Positions 1 to 8,725 of a DNA stretch of 51,360 bases are shown here, in pieces. Origin of the DNA: Balneolaceae bacterium (GTDB lineage Bacteria; Bacteroidota; Rhodothermia; Balneolales; Balneolaceae). How positions within the stretch are numbered: the stretch's first letter is position 1; each line of letters begins with the position of its first letter. The stretch is taken from the NCBI GenBank assembly GCA_021767245.1, contig JAASTO010000001.1:1-51360 (forward strand). The letters run 5' to 3'. The position numbers were made by a program, and so were the translations under genes. The notes under the pieces are model-generated. The model was not told the origin of the DNA, did no database searches, and saw nothing but the letters and a program-made list of their open reading frames with translations.

Positions 1-1655
1 AGGATCTTATCCACATGCTGAATAGTGGAAAGCCGGTGAGCGACAACAATGGAAGTTCGGCCCTGCATCATCAGGCGACTTGATTCAGTGACCAAAGCTT
101 CTGTTTCAGAATCTACGCTTGAAGTTGCCTCATCAAGCACAAGAATTTCGGGATTGTAAACCAGGGCTCTCACAAAACAAATGAGTTGCCTTTGCCCCAT
201 TGAAAGGGATGCTCCCCGTTCCTTTAGTACGTAATCATAACTGTTGGGTAGTTTTTCTATGAACCGATGAGCCTCAACTTTGTGAGCTGCACTTATGACC
301 TGCTCCCTGGTAATATCGGGATGCCCAAGGGTGATATTATCCAGAATAGTACCGGAAAAGAGAGCGTTATCCTGAAGCACCAACCCAAAATGAGACCGAA
401 GATCATTTAGCGTCAGGTCTCTGATATCGACTCCATCAATTTTGATACTTCCTTTTTCAATGTCGTAAAACCTCAGTAGCAAATTAATGATCGTCGTCTT
501 CCCTGCTCCTGTGGCACCTACAATGGCAATATCCTCACCCGGTTCAGCAGTAAATGAAATGTCTTTGAGTACGTAATCTTCCCCCTCATTGTACTTAAAC
601 CATACATTCTCAAATTCGATCTTACCTTTGGGGTCTTTTATCGTTTTAGGATTCTCCGTTTCAACAACCTGAGTCTCGGTATCAAGAACACCGAAGATCC
701 GTTCAGAGGATGCCAGTGCTGACTGCAGGGTATTGAACTTCTCTGAAAGCCCTTGAATAGGCCGGAAGAATTGCCGCGCATACTGAATGAATGCCAACAA
801 GACACCAAAGGTCACTCCATCCATTAGGGCTCTGGCGCCTCCGTACCACACAATTAAAGCCATAGCTAAACTTGCTGTGATCTCAACGATTGGCCAAAAA
901 ATAGCAAAGTAGAATATGGTATCAATGTAGGCATCCCTGTGCCCTGCGTTTATCTTTTCAAACTTTTCGCGCTGCTTTTTCTCCCGGTTAAACAACTGCA
1001 CCACATCAATCCCATTGATGTGCTCCTGCACAAAAGAATTTAGCTGTGCGATCTTATCCCTGACCTCCAAAAATGTAACACGAACTTTTGCTTTGAACCA
1101 GAATGTAGCATAAAACAGGATGGGCAGAACCGTTAGGGTTACCAAACTCAGCTCCCAGTTCATGCTGAACATGAAGTACAGGATGAAAATGATCCTGAAC
1201 ATGTCCCCGATGATAGCCACCACCCCGTCTGAAAGCAATTCACTCAGGGCCTCAATATCACTGGTGGTTCTGGTGATCAATTTTCCGATCGGATTCTTAT
1301 CAAAAAACTGAACATTCAGCGTCTGGATCTTTTTGAAGACGGTATTACGTAAAGAGAAGAGTGCGTTCTGACCAAACCAGCGCGTGATATAAGTATTGAA
1401 TACAAGCAGGATAAACTCCCCAAGTAAGGCTCCGGCAAGTAGGGTTATGATCCACCACAGACCCTCAAAATCATCCGTAGCGATATACTCATCTACTGCG
1501 ATCTGAGTCAGTTTAGGGCGGATCGTACCTAAATAAGAGGCTGATAAGGTTAGCACAATGGCTAACAGAATGAACCACTTATAGGGTTTTAGAAAAAAAT
1601 AAAGCCGCCGAATTAAAGTAGTATCGACGGCTTCAGAATTTTTAGATTTACTCAC
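1..1655 (-). CDS. ABC exporter, fused permease/ATPase (MsbA/TmrAB-like half), 3' end outside window
   Basis: Not in ORF track; read manually from GTG at 1655 (MSKSKNSEAVDTTLIRRL...). TM domain, Walker A GATGAGKTT, signature LSMGQRQ, Walker B ILVLDEATS, H-loop AHRLST; frame open to the window edge. Confidence 0.93.
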   Translation of the reverse strand, partial: MSKSKNSEAVDTTLIRRLYFFLKPYKWFILLAIVLTLSASYLGTIRPKLTQIAVDEYIATDDFEGLWWIITLLAGALLGEFILLVFNTYITRWFGQNALFSLRNTVFKKIQTLNVQFFDKNPIGKLITRTTSDIEALSELLSDGVVAIIGDMFRIIFILYFMFSMNWELSLVTLTVLPILFYATFWFKAKVRVTFLEVRDKIAQLNSFVQEHINGIDVVQLFNREKKQREKFEKINAGHRDAYIDTIFYFAIFWPIVEITASLAMALIVWYGGARALMDGVTFGVLLAFIQYARQFFRPIQGLSEKFNTLQSALASSERIFGVLDTETQVVETENPKTIKDPKGKIEFENVWFKYNEGEDYVLKDISFTAEPGEDIAIVGATGAGKTTIINLLLRFYDIEKGSIKIDGVDIRDLTLNDLRSHFGLVLQDNALFSGTILDNITLGHPDITREQVISAAHKVEAHRFIEKLPNSYDYVLKERGASLSMGQRQLICFVRALVYNPEILVLDEATSSVDSETEALVTESSRLMMQGRTSIVVAHRLSTIQHVDKI

Positions 1656-1667
1656 TTATTCAGTTCA

Positions 1668-2924
1668 TTAAAATCTGTCAAAATCATCATAAGATGACCT
1701 TGGAGTAATGTTACGGTGTGAAGATTCAGAATCTGAATCATCTTTCTTATCCTTAATATTGGCACTGTAAGTGCTGCTACCGTAGGTCTTACGTTTGTAA
1801 TTACTGCTTCCGCGGCTATCAGAACGATTTGAACTGCTGCTTCGGTTCCCGCGATAATTACTTTTACCCCGGTTAGGTCCACCTTTACGGGATCGGAATT
1901 TTTTCTTTCCGCCTTTGTGGTTTTTCTTGCCCTTATAGTTCTTACCGCCTGACTTGTCATCCAGTTCGTTGATCTCAACTTTCGGAGTGATAATGCCTCT
2001 TTCGTGCATTGGGTCGGTGAATATCGGGCGCAATTCGTTTGCCAGCCATGCCGGGTAGAATCCTTCACGGGCTTCTTTAAGAAGATCGTGCGCGTTTGTA
2101 TAACGAGCTGAGAAGTGACCAATAACCAATAATTTTGTTTGTGCCTCAGTGGCTACGCGAGCTGCATCAGCTGTAGATGAGTGTCCGGTTTCTCCGGCTT
2201 TATCATCCAAGTCTTTACCAAAAGTAGCTTCGTGATACAGAATGTTGGTATTCATTGCCAGTTTCACAGCGTTTGGTGTGTACTCTGTATCTGTGACGTA
2301 AGCAAAGCTATCACCCGGGCGCGGATGTCCTACAATATCCGAAGACTGAACGACCGTTCCATCTTCAAGCGTAACATCATTTCCGGCTTTAAGTTCTTTG
2401 TATTGCTCGTCTTTGGAAATGCCCATTTTTTCAGCCTTGTCAGCATCTACTTTTCCGGGCTTGTCTTTTTCCTGAAAGCGGTAGCCTACGCAAAATTTAT
2501 TGTGCTTTAGTGGGCGGGCTTCCACATAATATTCATCAGCATCCATCACACGATCAACGTCAATATCGTCTTTGATCTCATGGAATATGATCTCATAATT
2601 TGGCTGAATGTCCGCAAATTTAAGATTCCACTCTACAAATTCTTTAATGCCAACCGGACCGGTTATGGTAAGGGGTTTTTCCCTTCGTTGTAATTGAAGG
2701 GTAGCCAACAGGCCAAGCAGTCCTGAATAGTGATCTACATCAAAATGAGTGATGAAGATCCCTTCAATTTTTGATCTCTTGATTCCGGCCTGTAACATGC
2801 GCATTTGAGCATTTTCACCACAATCGAAAAGAAAGACACTGCCCTCTCTCCATAATGCAACGGATGGTAAATGCCGAACGGCTGTTGGTGTTGCTGATGC
2901 TACTCCTAATGGTACTACAATCAT
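1668..2924 (-). CDS. rnz: Ribonuclease Z (ElaC/ZiPD type) with atypical metal motif and long basic C-terminal tail
   Basis: LFDCGE, THFDVDH (motif II variant), flexible arm KPGK...GHPRPG, YVTDT, HEATF, GHSS, GHFSARY. Confidence 0.9.
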   Translation of the reverse strand: MIVVPLGVASATPTAVRHLPSVALWREGSVFLFDCGENAQMRMLQAGIKRSKIEGIFITHFDVDHYSGLLGLLATLQLQRREKPLTITGPVGIKEFVEWNLKFADIQPNYEIIFHEIKDDIDVDRVMDADEYYVEARPLKHNKFCVGYRFQEKDKPGKVDADKAEKMGISKDEQYKELKAGNDVTLEDGTVVQSSDIVGHPRPGDSFAYVTDTEYTPNAVKLAMNTNILYHEATFGKDLDDKAGETGHSSTADAARVATEAQTKLLVIGHFSARYTNAHDLLKEAREGFYPAWLANELRPIFTDPMHERGIITPKVEINELDDKSGGKNYKGKKNHKGGKKKFRSRKGGPNRGKSNYRGNRSSSSNRSDSRGSSNYKRKTYGSSTYSANIKDKKDDSDSESSHRNITPRSSYDDFDRF

Positions 2925-2996
2925 TTTATGTTCTCCCGTGAGATATGATTTTTATGGGCATTGCTTTCAAACAATTAGCCCTGTTTTTTATGTTAT

Positions 2997-4799
2997 TTAA
3001 ATTTCTGCCAATTCCTGTTCTAGAATCTGTTTGTTATACATGGCGGTGTATTTGCCTTCTTGAGCTAACAGTTCTTCGTGGGTACCTGTTTCTGTTATTT
3101 TCCCATCTTCCAAATAATAGATCTTGTCCGCATCTTTAATAGTTGAAATGCGATGACTAATCATAATTGTTGTCCTTCCGCTAAGCTCTTGCCTTAAGTG
3201 TTTTAAAATGGCGTCCTCTGTTTTTGTGTCAACGGCACTTAATGAATCATCAAAGATCAATATTTTAGGGTCTTTGATCAATGCTCTTGCAATAGCTGTC
3301 CTTTGTTTTTGTCCTCCGGAAAGAGTAATTCCTCGTTCTCCCAGCATAGTCTGAAATTTTTTCTCAAAATCCAAAATATTCTCTTTTACCTGAGCTTTTT
3401 CTGCTGCAAGTTCTATGAGTTCTTCAGAGGCATTATCTACTCCAAAAGCAATGTTATCGCCAATCGTATCTGAAAATAAGAATGTTTCCTGTGGGACGAA
3501 ACCAATGGATTCCCGAATCTTATCTAACGACCAATCCTTAAGATCATGACCGTCTATCAACACCTGTCCTTCGGACGGATCAAATAATCTTGGAATAAGC
3601 TGAACCAGGGTTGTTTTACCGGCCCCTGTCCTGCCAACCAGGGCGATATTTTCTCCGGGTTCAATTGTGAATGATACGTCTTTCAGAACATATTCATCTG
3701 ATTCTGGGTATTTGAAACTTACATGTTTGAATTCAAGACGTCCTTTGACCTCATCTTCGACCCTATCTTCTTTGCTTTCAATTTCGATCGGTTCATCCAG
3801 CAATTCCTTGATCCTATCCCAGGATGCCAGGGAGCGCTGAAACCGGTTCGTTGTGTAACCCAAAGCGGCAACCGGCCAGGTCAGATAAGCCACATAGATC
3901 AAAAACTCGGCAATGTTACCTACGGTGATAGTACCTTCGATCACCATTTCACCCCCCTTCCAGATCACGATAAGCAAGGAAATTCCGATCAGAAAATTCA
4001 GGCCCGGGTGGAACATGGATTCGATCATATCCAACCTGAGTTTCTTCTTACGGTAATCCTCACTTTCATTTTCAAATAATTCCTGCTCATGATCCACCCG
4101 ATTAAAGGATTTGATCAATCGGATCGCTGAAAACGTTTCTTTGGCACGCCCGGCCATTCTGGAGTATTGTTCCTGAATAATGGTAGAATGTGTATGAATG
4201 TACCCGGTGATCCAATAGGCAAAGATCGAGATGAGTGGTAAAGGCATTAAGGCCCAATAGGTAAGTTCTGTATTTACAATGAACATCATGGCCAGCACAA
4301 ACCCGGCTCTTGTCACGGTGTTTACACTATACATGATCACAGGGCCATAATAATCACGTACCTTACCAACATCCTCTGTAGCTCTAACGTAGATCTCACC
4401 CGAGGAGTTTTCAGTGAAAAAACGCTGTGGCAGATCCATGAGTTTTTTAACGATATCATTCCTGATATCAAACTCCACCTTTCTTGAAGTAACAATAAGG
4501 GTTTGCCTCGTTGCAAATAATAAAATCCCATACAATATAACCGTACCGATCAATATCAGCGAATTTTGTGCTAAAACTAGAGAAGCTTCTGTATTAAACA
4601 GAGTTTTTATGATGTTATCAGGAATTTGGAATCCTGCATTGGAAAGAGATTCAACTTCATCCATGGTTTGCCGAATGAGTACCGGGATCCAAATGAGGAA
4701 AAAGTTTGATGCCGTTAAAAACAGAACACCCCATATCATGGTGCTCTTGTATCTCTTTAAGTACTTATTTAATTCTTTTATTGCGCCCAAACCTTTCAA
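2997..4799 (-). CDS. ABC exporter, fused permease/ATPase (partner half)
   Basis: TM domain plus GRTGAGKTT, LSGGQKQR and degenerate Walker B ILIFDDSLS (D in place of catalytic E), typical of heterodimeric exporters; TTG start. Confidence 0.93.
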   Translation of the reverse strand: MKGLGAIKELNKYLKRYKSTMIWGVLFLTASNFFLIWIPVLIRQTMDEVESLSNAGFQIPDNIIKTLFNTEASLVLAQNSLILIGTVILYGILLFATRQTLIVTSRKVEFDIRNDIVKKLMDLPQRFFTENSSGEIYVRATEDVGKVRDYYGPVIMYSVNTVTRAGFVLAMMFIVNTELTYWALMPLPLISIFAYWITGYIHTHSTIIQEQYSRMAGRAKETFSAIRLIKSFNRVDHEQELFENESEDYRKKKLRLDMIESMFHPGLNFLIGISLLIVIWKGGEMVIEGTITVGNIAEFLIYVAYLTWPVAALGYTTNRFQRSLASWDRIKELLDEPIEIESKEDRVEDEVKGRLEFKHVSFKYPESDEYVLKDVSFTIEPGENIALVGRTGAGKTTLVQLIPRLFDPSEGQVLIDGHDLKDWSLDKIRESIGFVPQETFLFSDTIGDNIAFGVDNASEELIELAAEKAQVKENILDFEKKFQTMLGERGITLSGGQKQRTAIARALIKDPKILIFDDSLSAVDTKTEDAILKHLRQELSGRTTIMISHRISTIKDADKIYYLEDGKITETGTHEELLAQEGKYTAMYNKQILEQELAEI

Positions 4800-4820
4800 G
4801 GTGTTATGGCTTATGAGTTA

Positions 4821-5852
4821 TTATTTGTTTGCAGATAAATGTTCTGCCCAGTGTTTTCCGAGTTTCATTCCGGAAAGATACGCGGCCTCGACCGAGTTAC
4901 CATTCATATAGGAACCAACCAAAGCTAAAGGAGTGCCGTTTCCACTGATTTCCATAAAATCGTTTTTTAACCATTTATTGGCCTGACTGTATCTCCAAAA
5001 ATGTAACTGTTTCCAGTTTGGGCTTTCAGCCCATTTGCCAAGTACTGAGTTTAGTTGCCATAACGTCAATAAAGCAACCTCTTCCCTTTCCTTATCCATA
5101 TTCGAAATCGCGAAATCAGTCGTTGAATGAACAACTAAAGACACCTTTCTAAGATCACGTTTTTTAGACTCATTTGAAATAAACTTTATGACCGGATCCT
5201 CTACCTCTAAAACATCCCACTCTAATGGTTCAATTCCATCATAGACGACCATTAAAGCAAACTCAGGATCATACGTCACTGTCTGCAGATATTGGATCAG
5301 GCCCAATATCTGCTCTTGATCTTCGGCCGTTTTGAGAATTTCTAGGGCTTGAGGTGCCGGACAAGATATAACTACAGCGTCAGCTTCAATCAACAAATCG
5401 GAATCACATTTCAGTTGCCAACATAAATTGTCATAATCGTCATGTATTTTCTCCAGCTTTACAACTCTTTGCTGATTGTGAATCTCAAGACCTTTGCCTA
5501 AATACTTTCCTATCGAGTTCATACCTCCGGGAGCAAAGTATCTTTTCGACCCTTCACTGCCAACAGTTCGATCATCTTTTGAATGCATGGAAGCGAATGA
5601 ACCGCTCCACGACTTTATAATATCCTTTTTTATCAGAGCATCAACAAATGTTTTGAATTCTGATGAATGAGCGGCGAAACCGGGCACTCCATGGTCAAGT
5701 CTCAATTTTTTATCATTTTCGACGTATCGTGTGGCCATTCTGCCACCGTAACCCCTGCTTTTTTCAAAGATTAAGACCTCATGCCCTGCCCTTTTTAATT
5801 CCCGAGCAGCGATCAAACCGGACATACCTGCCCCAACAACAGCAATTTTCAT
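4821..5852 (-). CDS. Renalase-like NAD(P)/FAD-dependent oxidoreductase
   Basis: GAGMSG dinucleotide-binding motif, EKSRGYGGRMATR, DHG, WRYS, VEAAYLSG. Confidence 0.85.
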   Translation of the reverse strand: MKIAVVGAGMSGLIAARELKRAGHEVLIFEKSRGYGGRMATRYVENDKKLRLDHGVPGFAAHSSEFKTFVDALIKKDIIKSWSGSFASMHSKDDRTVGSEGSKRYFAPGGMNSIGKYLGKGLEIHNQQRVVKLEKIHDDYDNLCWQLKCDSDLLIEADAVVISCPAPQALEILKTAEDQEQILGLIQYLQTVTYDPEFALMVVYDGIEPLEWDVLEVEDPVIKFISNESKKRDLRKVSLVVHSTTDFAISNMDKEREEVALLTLWQLNSVLGKWAESPNWKQLHFWRYSQANKWLKNDFMEISGNGTPLALVGSYMNGNSVEAAYLSGMKLGKHWAEHLSANK

Positions 5853-5893
5853 GCTTCTATTTTTACTGTTAGCAGACCGGTTGCCCGAATTGT

Positions 5894-7264
5894 TTAATCG
5901 ATCTCATAAAGAGTAACCTGCGGTTTAACAGCTTTTTTATCCAGCAATGCCGGCCAGTAGGCTACCACATCACTCGCTTTAGGGCGACCACCGGCAAAAC
6001 CGGTAACACCACTAGGTCCTGTAAGGATCAAAGGAGCGATTTCCATTCCAAAGCGATTCAGGTCCTTTTTACTTTTACCTGACAAGGATACCCTTAGCTG
6101 GATCTCGTCATATTCTTTTTCAAGAGCTTCAATTGTTACGGGAATCTCAGAATTCCCATTGTAACCAATGTATTCACTGTGGAATGCGTCATACTCAAGA
6201 TCGAGTAATTCTGCTCGGCTTTTTAGTATCTCAGCACCTTTAACGGCTTTTTTCAGTGCATCGGGCCAGCAATACACCAATGTAGCAGAAAGTTTATACC
6301 CATCATTATAACTGGCAGAGACCTTGTACGTTGGGGTATCCGGATGTCCCTTTATACCTGTGATCTTTACTCTGTTTTTATCAGTTTCTTCTACTTGAAT
6401 AGAAGTAAAATCTGCGATCACATCAGGTGTGATATATTCTGAAGGATCCCCAATTTCGTACAACAACTGCTCTTTTACCGTCATTTCACTGATCAACCCT
6501 CCGGTATTCTCATGTTTGGTTACATAAAAATCTCCGTTGGGATAAGCCTCTATGATCGGAAAACCGATCTCAGTAAAATCGTCCACTTTTTCCCAATCCG
6601 TGAAATTCCCTCCGGATACCTGAGCTCCACATTCAATTATGTGTCCGGCTATGGTCCCCACAGCCATTTTATCAAAATCATCGGCTTCCCATCCAAATTC
6701 ATGGATCATTGGAGCTAAAGTGAGTCCTGTGTCAGTTACGCGTCCGGTTATGATAACATCAGCATCCGTTCGAAGCGCTTCCACAATTGGCCAACAACCA
6801 AAATAAACATTGGCGCTTAGCAGCTCGTCCTTAACTTCAGCGATGGACTTTCCATTGTCCATATTGTTAAGGGTATGGCCCTCTTTGATCAGTTCGTCGA
6901 TCTGATCCAGAATATCATCTCCATCAACCACGGCTACTTTCAGATCGGTGTATCCCTTTTCCTTAGCAATTTTGAGGATCTCATCCTTACAGGCCATGGG
7001 ATTAACCCCACCGGCATTACTGATCACTTTAATGCCATCATTTTTTATCTCCGGAAGTACCTGTTCCACCACCGATACAAAATCACGGGCATAACCCCAA
7101 TCAGGATTACGCATACGTTGTTTTTGCATGATCGACATGGTTACTTCAGCCAGGTAGTCCATCACAAGGTAATCAATGGGACCTTTTTTAGCCTGGTTAA
7201 CCGGTGCATTTGGGAGGTCGCCCCAGAATCCTTGTCCTGACGCAATACGGATAAAATCTTTCAT
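5894..7264 (-). CDS. AtuA/DUF1446 family protein (acyclic terpene utilisation-like)
   Basis: IRIASGQGFWGD, DYLAEVTMSI, NAGGVNP, ITGRVTD, GHIIECGAQVSGGNF, EQLLYEIGDP, YITPDV. Confidence 0.88.
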   Translation of the reverse strand: MKDFIRIASGQGFWGDLPNAPVNQAKKGPIDYLVMDYLAEVTMSIMQKQRMRNPDWGYARDFVSVVEQVLPEIKNDGIKVISNAGGVNPMACKDEILKIAKEKGYTDLKVAVVDGDDILDQIDELIKEGHTLNNMDNGKSIAEVKDELLSANVYFGCWPIVEALRTDADVIITGRVTDTGLTLAPMIHEFGWEADDFDKMAVGTIAGHIIECGAQVSGGNFTDWEKVDDFTEIGFPIIEAYPNGDFYVTKHENTGGLISEMTVKEQLLYEIGDPSEYITPDVIADFTSIQVEETDKNRVKITGIKGHPDTPTYKVSASYNDGYKLSATLVYCWPDALKKAVKGAEILKSRAELLDLEYDAFHSEYIGYNGNSEIPVTIEALEKEYDEIQLRVSLSGKSKKDLNRFGMEIAPLILTGPSGVTGFAGGRPKASDVVAYWPALLDKKAVKPQVTLYEID

Positions 7265-7333
7265 TTAAATACTAATTTATAACAGCTTAGATTTAGAATT
7301 TGAATATCGGGATATTTTCACTGCTTGTGAAAT

Positions 7334-7365
7334 AAAAAACCCTGCTTATTTATAAAGCAGGGTTT
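7334..7365 (-). terminator. Rho-independent terminator after the amidohydrolase operon
   Basis: Inverted repeat AAACCCTGCTT (7337-7347) / AAGCAGGGTTT (7355-7365), followed by a T-run on the minus strand; about 30 nt after the stop at 7394. Confidence 0.8.
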
Positions 7366-7393
7366 AGTTTTAATAGGTTTTAATCATCTCTGA

Positions 7394-8710
7394 TTATTTG
7401 TTCACTGCATCCCTGTCGAGGAACTCATCATATAATTGAGAGTGGCGACTTTGCATTGGGATCTTATATCCCTTAATGAAAACCTGTTCGATATTGGTTA
7501 ACGGTTCGAACGGATCACCATCAGATATAAATAAGTTAGCTTGTTTGCCTTCCTCCAGGGAACCGATCTTATCGGCTACACCAAACATCTCAGCCGGATT
7601 GATGGTCACTGCTTTAAGAGCCTCTTCAGTGCCCATGCCATAGGCAGCTGCATAACCTGCTTCAAAGGCAGTATTTCTGGAGTTCTCTGTGTCGTCTGAC
7701 ACGATGGCTACTTTAACACCGGCTTCAGCCATCAGTCCCGGGTTTTGATAAGGACGCTGATAATTATCATAATCACGGCTTGGAGTATAAAGAGTGGTCG
7801 TTAACACACCCATTCCTGCTTCAGCGATCTCATCAGCTACTCTCCAGCCTTCGTTGGCTCCGGCCAGAATAAAATTCATACCTTTTTGTTGCCCTGCCCA
7901 TTCAATAGCGTCCAGGATCTCCTGCTCACTATTTGCAGTGATGATAACCGGTACATCACCGCTAAGAACTTCTCGCATAGCTTCCATTCTTGGATCATGA
8001 TCCGGTTTGGTTTTGCCTGATGGATCTGATTCATAAGCTTTCATCATGCTATCATAAAAGCGGGCTTTTGACATGAAGTCGTTGATCTCATTGATCTGAC
8101 GATCGTATTGCTTTTTGATCTCCTCTTCACTTCGGTTATCCCACCAACCGCCACCGGTTGATGATGGTAAATTCATAACCAGTGCACCACTTTTCTTGAC
8201 AGCCATTGAATCCGGAGAATATCCCCAGAGATCCATAACGGCCGCCTTACCTGAAATACTGCCTGATCTTGGCTTGGCAAGTACCGTTGTGACACCGCTT
8301 ACACGGGTTACAGGAATGGCAGCACTGTGCGGATTGAAAGCCGTAAACGCGTACATATTGGGATTGAACTGCCCAACTTCTGCATCATCCACAGTGACCG
8401 GTACGGCAGATATTTCAACCAACCCGAGTCCGGTCCAGCCATCAATGAATCCCGGATACACGTGTTTTCCGGTCGCATCAATGCGCTTGTAATCGCCTGT
8501 TACACGAATGTTGTTTCCAACATAAGCAATCTTTTCTCCTTCAATAAGTATCACTCCATCTTCAATGGTTCCGTTAGTAACGGTATGAATAGTGGCTCCT
8601 GTGATGGCAAATTTTCCATATTCAGGTTTCTCGGTGATCTGAGCCTGTGTTGTTGCTGTTAAACCAAACAGCAGAGCAATGGCTACAACAAAAATATTTA
8701 GCTTCTTCAT
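7394..8710 (-). CDS. Secreted amidohydrolase-superfamily protein, probably non-catalytic
   Basis: Signal peptide (TTQA|Q); YPGFID..., TINPAEMFG, GSLEEGKQANL fold motifs; HxH replaced by GWTG. Confidence 0.85.
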   Translation of the reverse strand: MKKLNIFVVAIALLFGLTATTQAQITEKPEYGKFAITGATIHTVTNGTIEDGVILIEGEKIAYVGNNIRVTGDYKRIDATGKHVYPGFIDGWTGLGLVEISAVPVTVDDAEVGQFNPNMYAFTAFNPHSAAIPVTRVSGVTTVLAKPRSGSISGKAAVMDLWGYSPDSMAVKKSGALVMNLPSSTGGGWWDNRSEEEIKKQYDRQINEINDFMSKARFYDSMMKAYESDPSGKTKPDHDPRMEAMREVLSGDVPVIITANSEQEILDAIEWAGQQKGMNFILAGANEGWRVADEIAEAGMGVLTTTLYTPSRDYDNYQRPYQNPGLMAEAGVKVAIVSDDTENSRNTAFEAGYAAAYGMGTEEALKAVTINPAEMFGVADKIGSLEEGKQANLFISDGDPFEPLTNIEQVFIKGYKIPMQSRHSQLYDEFLDRDAVNK

Positions 8711-8725
8711 GTTCTGTTCTCCTGT

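Noticed and set aside
1652-2122. 156-aa alternative-frame ORF over the RNase Z tail, whose TGA overlaps the ABC gene GTG start
   Set aside because: Its V/I/A/T-rich composition is what an off-frame read of Ser/Arg/Asn/Gly-rich codons gives. I see no slippery site or family motif, so it is treated as a shadow ORF.
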